A stretch of DNA of 64,000 nucleotides from Malacoraja senta (taxonomy: Eukaryota): contig JAXLNO010003320.1 in NCBI GenBank assembly GCA_038087875.1, positions 62,001-126,000 on the forward strand, written 5' to 3'. The first letter of the stretch is position 1. The number at the start of each line of letters is the position of its first letter. A model generated the notes under the pieces. It searched no databases. It worked only from the letters and a program-made list of their open reading frames with translations, and had not been told where the DNA came from. Below are positions 14,498 to 25,449 of this stretch, in pieces. Made by a program: the position numbers and the translations under genes.

Positions 14498-16029
14498 AAA
14501 AATTTGGGGAAATTCTCAACTGAGGAAACTGGTGGAAACAGGTAGATCGTGCAAACTCCACACAGACAGAGCCCAAGGTCAGGATCGAACCCGGGTCTCT
14601 GGCACTGTGAGGAAACATCTCTAGCAACTCTGCCACTGTGTTGTCCTTTGCAACTGTTTCTCGGTGATATCTCACAAAATCTATGTCTCATGCCTCTTAC
14701 ATTATTTATAACTGTGAGGCGTTTTAAATCTTTTATGATGAATACCAAAACAAAATCCCCCCAGTTTTACAATATTTGCCTGGCCTTGTTTGCAGGTTGC
14801 TAACAGTGAGGTGCCAACGTGCAGAGATATTTTCCTTTTGTGTTGAATATTCAATAAAGCTTTGAAAGTTGAAGGGTTTCTCAATGGAGAAAATACTGAA
14901 GATGAGAATTCCCATCCTTCAACTGTGAAGTAGTTTACTGCAGAACGTGGACTGATGCAGACAATTACAATTTGAGGACTTTAACATCATCCTCACGGTG
15001 CTGTATTTCTTCAAGTCTCATTTCCTTTCTTCTGCATTCCCATCCCTACTCTTCTTTGTCTGAAGTGCAGTTTCTTTTGCCATGTGCATAGACAACCCTA
15101 AATACAGGAGATTAAGCTATATATTTGCTTTTCTGATTGCTGGTTTAGAGAACGAGCATTGATCCCGCTCTTTTTTAATTGTGGCTTGAGACCTAAACAT
15201 TCACCTGCCAACTAACTGTAAAATGCAGAGGGCAAGGTCAAACACTGTGCGTTACTGACTAATACCTTTGACTCCATCAATAAGACGGCACAGTGACACA
15301 GCTGGTAGGCATTTGCACATTCTCCCTGTGACCCAGTGGATACCCTCCGGGTGCTCAGGTTTCCTCCCACATCCCAAAGATGTGCGGGTTTGCAGGTTAA
15401 ATTGTCTCTATAAATGACCCCATGTGTGTAGGGAGTGGATGTGAAACTGGGATAACATAGAACTAATGTGAACAGGTGTTTGACGTTCGGCATGGACTCG
15501 GTGGCTGACACATGTCGTGTGCTATCCAGTCAGCGGAAAGACAAGACATGATTATAATCGAGCCATCTACAGGGGCCTGTTTTCAAGCTGTATAAAAAAA
15601 TGCGTGAAGCGTTCTCCTCAAGTATGACTACCCTCGCAACTTGTTTTCATTTTGTATTTGGCACCTAATGTCTTGCAGGCTGTGATCCCAATTAACAGGT
15701 TAGAATTAGATGCAATTCAAGAGTATGTCATCACTTCTACGCTTTTCACAATATTCTCACCACTATGTTGCACCTCAATTCCAACAAGTTTCCACTCGAG
15801 TGGAACTGAGTACCGGACAAATGGCAATCTACTCAAGAGCCAAGATGGGCCAACCTCTGTATTCAGGCTACCGAATGCACTTGACATTTACATAAGTGTA
15901 CGTTTAAAGGCTGAGTTCCATGTCATCATCGACTTGTTTTGAATGTAAATGAAGGAATGGACCATGCTGAGCATCTGCAAAACCGAGGTCCTTCATTATC
16001 CTGGCTACATTGTACAATGCCACCCTCCA

Positions 16030-16975
16030 TCAGAGGAGGAGCCGCCATCTTGGAGGAACGGCTGCTAAACAGCAGCCGTCCGTCAAATTCACTTTTTCTT
16101 TAGTTTTAGCTTTTTTTATTTCTTTGTTTGTTTGGGGAATGTTGACTTTTAATGTGGGGGGGGGGTAAGGGGGAAACTATTTCTGGGTCTCTACCTGGTC
16201 GGTGAGGCAGCTTTTTCTCCAGGCTGCCTCGTCGACCCGTCCTCGTGGCCTACCAGTGGGCATGGAGCGCCGTTTCCTGGCGGGGACCGCCCAGCACCTT
16301 CAGCTTCGGTCGGCGGCACAGTGCTGGAGCGCTATCGTGGAGCGGAGCGGGCGATGCCTTGCCTGGGTCGCCGCGCTGGGTCGACGCGCTGGAGCCGCCT
16401 GGTGACCACTGAGATCAACACCTCCGGGCTGCGGGTCTGCGGAGCGACCAGCCGCGGGCGGCGGCGCCGACTTTTACATCGGGAGCCTCGTGGCTCCAAA
16501 TCGGCGCGGCCCTGTCGGCTTCAGGTGCCATGGACTCCGCTGGGAAACCGGCCGTTCCAGCCACTGCGAGGACTCTCCCGACGGCCGGGAACATCGGGCC
16601 TCCGTAGAGGCAACTGTGCCGGCCTCGATGGGCCTGACTCTGGGGAGAACTGGGTTGGGGACTGGACATTGTGCCTTCCCCCACAGTGGTGGTCATTGTG
16701 GGGGGGTGATTTTTGTGTGCTGTGCCTGTTAGTCTGTGTGCAAGATGGCGGTCGGAGGGGAGAGTGGACGCTGGCGCGAATTGGCTGCCGCTGCTCTCTC
16801 CTCAAATTGTGTTTCTTATTTTCTTTTTGTGCTTTTGTACTTGAATTCTGTCCTTGATTTGTGTACTGTGGTGTTTTTATATTTAATTTACTCCGATTAT
16901 GTGTTTTGTATTTTTGTGATTATATGCCTTGTAAGGTGTCCTTTGGTTTTAGAAAGGCGCCAGTAAATAAAATGG

Positions 16976-17007
<32 letters not shown>
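16030..17007 (+). mobile_element. GC-rich non-coding element with L2-like tail and (ATT)n
   Basis: GCCGCCATCTTG at 16041-16052, CpG-rich body, tail TGTAAGGTGTCCTTTGG...GAAAGGCGC, then (ATT)n at 16977-17007. Confidence 0.55.
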
Positions 17008-17199
17008 CAAAGAAAGTCTGCTCCTTGACCCGAGAGAACATGGAGTAAGGCCCATGTTTTGGGAGCCAATTCTGAAGGGAGCTGATACTTTCAATGTACA
17101 AGTGCAACGATTGGCACTCTGAGGAAAAGGGAGCTTGATGAACAAGACAAGTTCAGAAGTCATGAGCTAACTGGAACACTCATGACATGATAGCTATGC

Positions 17200-18248
17200 A
17201 TTCATCTCCCAGCTAACTTCAAAATGTAGTTTCCGCAAAGGATTGTCTCCACTGAATCTTCCATCTCTCTCCATATACCCATCCAATCTATTTTTAAATG
17301 ATAAAATCGTTTAAGGGTTCCTGCTTAACTCTCCTGAATCTTAAAACACAAGAGGGGAGCCCAGAAAAGAGTTCCCTGTGTCAGTTGGTACTGAGATTAA
17401 CTACCCCTATTCAGTTAAACTCTATCCAGTTAAATCCTGACCAGCCTCAGATCAATACTGATCCCCTATCACCAGTTAGAGTGAACCAAATTATCAAACA
17501 ATGTAAAGAAACATATTTGGAACATGGGGATAAAGAAACCAAAAGCCTAAGCAGATTAGAATGTTACCGTGCCCCAAAAAGAGATTATAAATTGGCAGAC
17601 TATCTCTCAACTGTTAGAGACATAAAGCAGAGACAGACCCTCACCAAATACAGGCTAAGTGACCACTATTTGGCAGTTGAAAAAGGAAAACAGAAGAGAT
17701 TCTGGCAACCAAGAGAAAGCAGAATATGCGGCCACTGTTTGACAGATGAGGTTCAAACAGAGGTGCACTTCCTCCTAAAATGCAAAAAAAATTGATAAAA
17801 CAAGGAAAACATACTTTGACAAACTCAGTCTGGCAACCACTGATTTCAAAGAACTAGTTGATACATCAAAACTAAGAATAATCCTTGGTGAAGGAAGTAC
17901 AGCACATCTTGGTGCACAATACGTAACAGCATGCCATAACCTGAGAGACGGTGAATGACCAATATGCACATATGTCGCACACATTAATTGACTAACTGAA
18001 ACTAAGAAATTAATATTGAATTGCTAAACTTGCTATCCTGTTGTACTGCTTACAGCAGCAAGAATGTGTAGCAATCAATAAAGGGCTATAGGCCTATTGC
18101 GAGTTTATGTACAGGGACATATCTATCCATGCACTATACTTGTATTTATACTTATGCATTTGAAATATGTATGTCATGTTTTATACTTTGGCAATATAAC
18201 AATGTATTTTTTTTTATCATGCCAATAAAGTTTTTTAATTGAAATTGA
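17200..18248 (+). mobile_element. Non-LTR retrotransposon 3' end with C-terminal CCHC finger (RTE-X-like; clade uncertain)
   Basis: ORF 17298-17795 reads LTKYRLSDH...ICGHC...ETEVHFLLKC. The 3' UTR ends GCCAATAAAG...AATTGAAATTGA at the gap. Confidence 0.65.
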
Positions 18249-18491
18249 NNNNNNNNNNNNNNNNNNNNNNNNNNNNNNNNNNNNNNNNNNNNNNNNNNNN
18301 NNNNNNNNNNNNNNNNNNNNNNNNNNNNNNNNNNNNNNNNNNNNNNNNNNNNNNNNNNNNNNNNNNNNNNNNNNNNNNNNNNNNNNNNNNNNNNNNNNNN
18401 NNNNNNNNNNNNNNNNNNNNNNNNNNNNNNNNNNNNNNNNNNNNNNNNNNNNNNNGCGGCAGAGAGACAGTGAGAGAGAGAGAGAGACAGA

Positions 18492-18524
<33 letters not shown>

Positions 18525-18670
18525 TGAGATAGAGAGAGGGANNNNNNNNNNNNNNNNNNNNNNNNNNNNNNNNNNNNNNNNNNNNNNNNNNNNNNNNNNN
18601 NNNNNNNNNNNNNNNNNNNNNNNNNNNNNNNNNNNNNNNNNNNNNNNNNNNNNNNNNNNNNNNNNNNNNN
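18249..18670. other. Assembly gaps (207 N and 129 N) flanking a (GA)n microsatellite at 18461-18541
   Basis: N runs at 18249-18455 and 18542-18670. Confidence 1.
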
Positions 18671-18732
18671 GCGGGTCAGGCAGCATCTGTGGAGAGAAGG
18701 AATGGTGACATTTTCGGTCGAGACCCTTCTTT

Positions 18733-19047
18733 GGTTTAGTTTAGTTTAGAGATGCAGCGCGGAAACAGGTCTTTCGGCCCACGGACTCTGCGCCGACCAG
18801 CGATCACCCCGTACACTAGCACTATCCTACGCACATTAGGGACAATTTAACAATTTTGCGGAGGCCGATTAATCTACAACCATGAACGTCTTTGAAATGT
18901 TGGAGGAAACTGAAGCACCCGGAGTAAAAACCCACGCAGGTCAAGGGGAGAACGTACAAACTCCGCACAGACAGCACCCGTAGTCAGGATCGAGCCCGTC
19001 CTCTGGCAGTGAGGCGGCAACTGTACCGCTGCGCCACTGTGCCGCGC
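18733..19047 (-). mobile_element. HE1-type SINE just upstream of the ZNF exon
   Basis: Same head, body and (TTTAG)n tail. Confidence 0.85.
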
Positions 19048-19283
19048 AGCATTATATAACGGTTTCCTCCGCCATAAATGCACCCAATATGTACTAGTAA
19101 TGTCCTGTTTGCCAGCTTGTTGACCCTCTGTGTTCCCCTCCTGCAGGGTTTAGGAGCCGTTGCTGTGGACGGAGAGACGGGGACGTGAGCGGCCATTGAG
19201 GGCGGCCAGGGTGCAGATGAGCCCCTCCCCCCCACCCCCCATCTGCTCGGTGTGCGGGCTGAGCTTCGAGGGGCTGCGCTTTG

Positions 19284-20427
19284 ATGGAGGACCACATGAG
19301 GGGGCACAACAAGGAGAAGCGTTATGAGTGCGACGTGTGTGGCAAGGCCTGGCAGTACCCGAGCCGGCTGGAGATCCACCGGCGGGTTCACACGGGAGAA
19401 CGCCCCTTCGACTGCTCCGACTGCGGCAAGAGCTTCAAGTCGCCGCCGGAACTGAAGATGCACAGGCGCCTGCACACCGGGGAACGACCCTACACCTGCA
19501 GCGACTGCGGCAAGGTCTTCACCCGCTCCAGCAACCTGCTGTCCCACCAGCGCACCTACACTGGCGAGCGCCCCTACACCTGCAGCGACTGCGGCAAGGG
19601 CTTCACCCGCTCCAGCAACCTGCTGTCCCACCAGCGCTCCCACACTGGCGAGCACCCCTATACCTGCGCCCAGTGCGGTAAGGGCTTCAACTCCTCCAGC
19701 AACCTGCTGTCCCACCAGCGCTCCCACACAGGCGAGCGCCCCTACACCTGCACCCAGTGCGGCAAAGGCTTCACCCACTCCAGCATCCTGCTGGTGCACC
19801 AACGCACCCACACCGGCGAGCGTCCCTACACCTGCGCCCAGTGTGGCAAGGGCTTCACTCACTCCAGAAGCCTGCAGGTGCACCAGCGCACCCACACCGG
19901 CGAGCGCCCCCTACACCTGTACCCAGTGCGGCAAGGGCTTCATCCAGTCTGGCAACCTGCTGTCCCACCAGCGCACCCACACCGGCGAGCGCCCCTACAC
20001 CTGTACCCAGTGCGGCAAGGGCTTCACCCGCTCCTGCACCCTGCTATCCCACCAGTGCACCCACACCGGCGAGCGCCCCTACACCTGTGCCCAGTGCGGC
20101 AAGGGCTTCACCCAGTCCGGTCACCTGCTGTTCCATCAGCGCACCCACACTGGTGAGCGCCCCTACACCTGCACCCAGTGCGGCAAGGGCTTCACCCGCT
20201 CCACCTATCATCTGTCCCACCAGCGGGTGCACGCCGGCGACGGTCCCATCCCCAGCCCGGTGTGTGGAGAGCGCTTTGCCATGGCCTCCCACCCCCTGTC
20301 TTACCAGCGCGTGCACAAAAGTGGCCAGCCCTACGACTGCCCGTACTGCGGTGAGGAGTTTGACAGCTCGCGGGGGTTGCGGCAGCACCAGCGGACCCAC
20401 GCCGGCGAGCAGCTGCTCCCACTGTAA
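19284..20427 (+). CDS. Tandem C2H2 zinc-finger protein, 13 fingers (2 degenerate), with a +1 frameshift at the C5 run 19907-19911
   Basis: ORFs 19281-20156 and 19843-20427 join into repeated CxxCGKGF...HQRTH fingers with TGERPY linkers. Acceptor ctgcag at 19141-19146; AATAAA at 20772-20777. No effector domain is seen. Confidence 0.85.
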
Positions 20428-20719
20428 CAAGAGAGCACGGGGGCTGCAGGAGCACCAGCGGATACACACCGGAGAGACACCCTATGTGTGCGCTGAGTGT
20501 GGCAAGGGTTTCACCAGCATGTCCAGCCTGTGGAAGCACCGGCGTACCCACAGCGGTGAGCGTCCCTTCCCCTGCCCGTCCTGTGGAAAGGGCTTCACCC
20601 GACTTGACCACCTGCTGGAGCACCGGCGAGTCCACACCGGTCAGCACCCCTTCACCTACCCGCTCTGTGGCAATGCCTTTGCCCGCTCCTCCAGCCTGCT
20701 TGCACACCGTTACTTTTAA
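20415..20719 (+). pseudogene. Out-of-frame zinc fingers downstream of the stop codon
   Basis: The frame of ORF 19757-20719 reads CSHCNKRARGLQEHQRIH-TGETPYVCAECGKGF...HRRTH-SGERPFPCPSC...HRRVH-TGQHPFTYPLC... Confidence 0.8.
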
Positions 20720-21559
20720 ATTTGCTGAAAAACAGAAAGCAGTCAAATTTAAAAGAGAATTTTCCCAGTAGAATAAAGTTATGGAAATCTTAGAAGCTTG
20801 GTTTCTACTAATCATTGAAACAATGTATTGACAATGTATTAACATAGAGATGTATTGTCTGGGCACAGCACCATATTAGATATGTGTCTGAACTGCCTGT
20901 CCCAGCTAAGGACAAGGTAGTGGCTTTCATCCAAGTCTTACAAGCTTGTTTTAGTTCACAGACGGATGCCCATTCTGGAACCAAGATGGAAGTCATTTGA
21001 AAACAAAATGGAGTTAGTTGTCCTTCCGGAATGGGCAGCTGTACTGAAGCTGTGCCTAGATTTGAGAATAAGGCTGACATTGCAAATATATGGGTCCAGC
21101 CTCCCTTGTTTCCCTTAGGCTACGGATCTTTCACTCAGATTTAGGTGTGTTTTTTTGATAAGAAAATGTATAATTAACTTTCCTTTGTTCTTTGAGTGGA
21201 GCCCAAGAAGCACTGAGCAACGTGTGTGCTCTTTATAGATCTCGCAACTCCCCCCTGGCAAATGTATTAAAATATTGCTTTGGTTTACCCTTAACAATTT
21301 TGTTGCTGTCTGCTTTCTTTAAGAGACGAACTTTGACAACTGTGCTCTTTGGAATTCTTCAGAATTAATGTTGCACTATCAATAATGAAAGAAAAATGCC
21401 AACCATCTCCAGAAATGACAAGAATTATTCTCGCCTCCATGCATATTTGTCGCCATAGGGCAGTCGGACACCTCCCCACTACTTCAAAGATAGTTCCTGC
21501 ACTTGGCAATATCGTTTGGTGTTTGGCGGCAGCAGGGCGACAGGCAGCCCGCACCCTGG

Positions 21560-22435
21560 TAAATCACCCCATTGTGGGGGTCCGGGGGGTGGGGGGGGTG
21601 AAGCACCCCATTGTGGGTGTCTGGGGGTGTGGGGGTGAATCACCCCATGTGGGGGTCCGGTGGGGGGAGTGAATCACCCCATTATGGGGGTCCGGGGGGT
21701 GGGGGGGTGAATCACCCCATGTGGGGGTCCGGAAGGGTGAATCACCACGGTGTGTGGGTCGGGTCGGGGGTGAATCACTCCAGTGTGTGGGTCGGGGGGG
21801 TGAATCAGCACTGTGTGAGGTTCGGGGGGAGGGTGAATCGCCATGGTGTGGGGTTCGGGGGGGGGGGTGAATCACTCCAGTGTGTGGTCGGGGGGGGGTG
21901 AATCACCACTGTGTGAGGATCGGGGGGGGTGAATCACCATGGTGTGTGGGTCGGGTCGGGGGTGAATCACTCAAGTGTGTGGGTCGGGGGAGGGGTGAAT
22001 AAGCACTGTCTAAGGTTCGGGGGGTGTGAATCCCCATGGTGTCGGGGTCGGGGGGGTGAATCACTCCAGTGTGTGGGTCGGGGAGGGGGATGAATCACTC
22101 CAGTGTGTGGGTCGGTGGGGGGGGGGGGTTGAATCACTCCAATGTGTGGGTCGGGGGGGGGTTGAATCACTCCATTGTGTGGGTCGGGGGGGGGGTGAAT
22201 CACCGCTGTGTGAGGTTGGGGGGTGAATTACCCCATTATGGGGGTCCGGGGGGTGAATCACCCCATGTGGGGGTCCGGGAAGGGTGAATCACCACGGTGT
22301 GTGGGTCGGGTCGGGGGTGAATCACTCCAGTGTGTGGGTCGGGGGGTGGGGGGTGAATCACCCCATATGGGGCTGGGGGGGGTGAATCACCCCGGTGCGT
22401 GGGTCGGGGGGGGGTGAATCACCCTGGTAGGGAGG
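21560..22435. repeat. G-rich minisatellite, about 27 units of 30-38 bp with core GGTGAATCAC
   Basis: A long G run followed by GTGAATCAC and a variable spacer recurs directly. Confidence 0.95.
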
Positions 22436-22624
22436 TCGTGGTGCCGGTGCAGCATGGTCAGTGACGCTGGGTGGGTGCAGGGACCAGTCTGTCCCCAACT
22501 CTGCTGCAGCTGACGGGGATGTTGCCGGGTTTATGGCCCCGTGTGTCCGCTGCCCGAAGCCGCGGCCCCGCTCCGTGTGTGTGTGTGTATGTGCGCTGCC
22601 GGCCCACAGCCCGTGACAGTGCGG

Positions 22625-23020
22625 TGGGAGCCAGGCCAGCTTGGGGGAGTAAGGTGGATGGGAGAGGTAGCCAGTTTGGGGGAGCAAGGGGAATGGGAGC
22701 CAGGCCAGCTTGGGGGAGTAAGGGGGATGGGAAATTGCCAGGTTCGGGGAGTAAGGGGAATCGGAGGTAGCCAGCTAGGGGGAGTAAGGTGAATGGGAGG
22801 TAGCCAGCTTGGGGGAATAATGGGAATGGGAGGTAGCCAGCTTGGGGGAGTAAGGGGATGGGAGGTAGCCAACTTGGGGGAGTAAGGGGGATGGATGGGA
22901 GGTAGTCAGCTTGGGGTAGTAAGGGGATGGGAGGTAGCCAGCTTGGGGGAGTAAGGGGATGGGAGGTAGCCAGCTTGGGGAGTAAGGGGATGGGAGGTAG
23001 CCAGCTTGGGGGAGTAAGGG
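22625..23020. repeat. G-rich minisatellite, about 12 units of about 32 bp (GGGAGGTAGCCAGCTTGGGGGAGTAAGGGGAT)
   Basis: Tandem copies are directly visible. Confidence 0.95.
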
Positions 23021-23790
23021 ACAGGCGGAACTAACAGCCCCGCGACAACATTGCTGCCACGAGGAGAAGCACTAACACTCACCGCCTCCCTGACCGATCT
23101 CGGTCCTGGACCACCAAGGATGCCGCTGTCGTCGACCTCCCCGCGCGGCCTCACCCGTGGCCGTTGCCGCCGACCTTCACCGACTCATCGACACCGCCGC
23201 CCCTCGCTGCCTTCCCGTTCATCCGCTGACCGGCACTTCGCCCGCGTGCCATTCCACTCCCCGTGGGCCTCGACCAGCCCTGGCCACTCCACCGCCCACC
23301 AGTGGGCTGCAGCCGTCACCTTACCAGAGTCTTACCGGGCCTGGAGTCTCCACGCTGCAGACTCTCACACCACGTGGTCTGACCATGCTGGGACCTAATC
23401 CACGCGCTCCTCCCACAGAAAATCGGTGCAGGAGTAGAGGCCATTCGGACCTTCGATCTAGCACCGCCATTCAATGAGATCATGGCTGATCATCCACAAC
23501 CAGTACCCCGTTCCTGCCTTCTCCCCATATCCCCTGAGTCCACTATCTTTAAGAGCTCTATCTAGGTCTCTCTCGTAGAAACAGAAACATAGAAAATAGG
23601 TGCAGGAGTAGGCCATTCGGCCCTTCGAGCCTGCACCGCCATTCAATATGATCATGGCTGATCATCCAACTCAGTATCCTGTACCTGCCTTCTCTCCATA
23701 CCCCCTGATCCCTTTAGCCACAAGGGCCACATCTAACTCCCTCTTAAATATAGCCAATGAACTGGCCTCAACTACCTTCTTGTGGCAGAG

Positions 23791-24180
23791 AATAGTAAGA
23801 TTAAACGAGAACTTACCTAAGTTTGAAGTTTGAACTTTATTTTATTAGGAGTTACGTAGGTGATTACGTGAAGAACCCCGCCAGTGCGCCTGCGCGTCAA
23901 TCTTCAAAGCAGCGATGTGAAATCACAAAAAACAACAACCGAAGTAATATAGTCTCATAATAAAATGAGTAATACAAGAACTTCCATCTGACCTTTATGA
24001 TAGAGGGTAGGGCCGTGGTGTGCACGTAATCACCTACATAATTCCTCATGAAATAAAGATCAAACTTCAAACTTAGGTAAGTTCTCGTTTAATCTTACTA
24101 TTTTACTTCGGAGTCATGTGAGTGACTACGTGAAGATTTTAAAGCTTTGTGATTTCATGCCGTAGATCAATCCCGGCTTC
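23791..24180. mobile_element. DIRS-like terminal remnant (inverted repeats plus complementary segment)
   Basis: 80-bp inverted arms at 23791-23870 and 24023-24102, plus a second complementarity between CGAAGTAATATAGT (about 23940) and ACTATTTTACTTCG (about 24097). No ORF is present. Confidence 0.55.
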
Positions 24181-24375
24181 TCACTGCATTGATTGACTCG
24201 GAACGAGAATAATCAATCATGCCACCCCAACAGTGCTCAAACAGGAGTACTTATTGTCAAGGTGTACAGCCACCGGGGTACTCTCTAGTCCCTGCCTGTG
24301 CCCCTTGCCTCTCCCAACCGTGATCCACTTGCCTGCCTCCTGTGGTGTTGGAGTGACCACATCCCTGTAACTCCT

Positions 24376-25440
24376 CTAAATGACTTCCTCGCTCTCCCTG
24401 ACCAGACGGAGTTCATCGAGCTGCTGCTCCAGGTTCCTAATACGGTCCATTAGGAGCCCCATCTCGATACACCTGGCGCAGATGTGGACGTCTGGAGGGC
24501 TATCAGACTCCATGACTTCCCACATCTGACATCCAGAACAGTAAACTGCCCTGGCCCTCATAATCCCCTTACCCTGGATACAATACATCTGACATCCAGA
24601 ACAACAAACTGCCCTGGCCCTCATACTCCCCTTACCCTGGATACAATACATCTGACATCCAGAACAACAAACTGCCCTGGGCCTCATACTCCCCTTACCC
24701 TGGATACAATACATCTGACATCCAGAACAACAAACTGCCCTGGGCCTCATACTCCCCTTACCCTGGATACAATACATCTGACATCCAGAACAACAAACTG
24801 CCCTGGCCCTCATACTCCCCTTACCCTTGATACAATACATCTGACATCCAGAACAGTAAACTGATACAATACAAAACAAACTGCTACAATACAGTACAAT
24901 CAGCAGGGATCTGACTCCCAATCAGCTGCTCCCTCTTGTCTGCGTCCACCAATCAGCGGCTTCCTCAAACCCACTTGTTTTTGAAGTGGAACTTGGAACG
25001 TTACAGATTTCGGTTCCTTTTTAACTCCTACCGGTCGTGTGTAGCTCCTCCCTCTGCGATCTCTCCAACGGCTCTTTGGACCTCTGTAAGGAACAAGCCC
25101 CGCGCTCCTTTTTATCTCCTACCGCTCGGGTGTAGCTCCTCCCTCTGCGATCTCTCCAACGGCTCTTTGGCCTCTGTAAGGAACAAGCCCCGCGCTCCTT
25201 TTTAAGTCCTACCGCTCGGGTGTAGCTCCTCCCTCTGCGACCTCTCCAACGGCTCTCGGGCCTCTGTAAGCAACAAGCCCCGCGCTCCTTTTTAAGTCCT
25301 ACCGCTCGGGTGTAGCTCCTCCCTCTGCGACCTCTCCAACAGCTCTCGGGCCTCTGTAAGCAACAAGCCCCGCGCTCCTTTTTAAGTCCTACCGCTCGGG
25401 TGTAGCTCCTCCCTCTGCGACCTCTCCAATGGCTATCTTC
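24376..25440 (-). mobile_element. Probable CR1 5' end: 90-bp tandem 5'UTR units and ORF1 N-terminus with 63-bp in-frame repeats
   Basis: ORF 24376-24921 ends ...CSGCQMWEV...CARC...LEQQLDELR, a CR1 ORF1-like zinc and coiled-coil start. There are five 63-bp units (24523-24860) and about 4.6 units of 90 bp (25027-25430). Confidence 0.7.
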
Positions 25441-25449
25441 TCCAAAATA

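Noticed and set aside
18174-18686. ORFs spanning X runs
   Set aside because: Artefacts of N gaps and the (GA)n tract.
18984-19895. 303-aa minus-strand ORF with ALGAGVGAL repeats, and similar ORFs at 20044-20866
   Set aside because: Antisense shadow of the GC-rich zinc-finger repeats.
21560-23020. Regular repeat-spacer pattern resembling a CRISPR array
   Set aside because: Vertebrate DNA, spacers related to each other, variable unit length and no cas genes; these are minisatellites.
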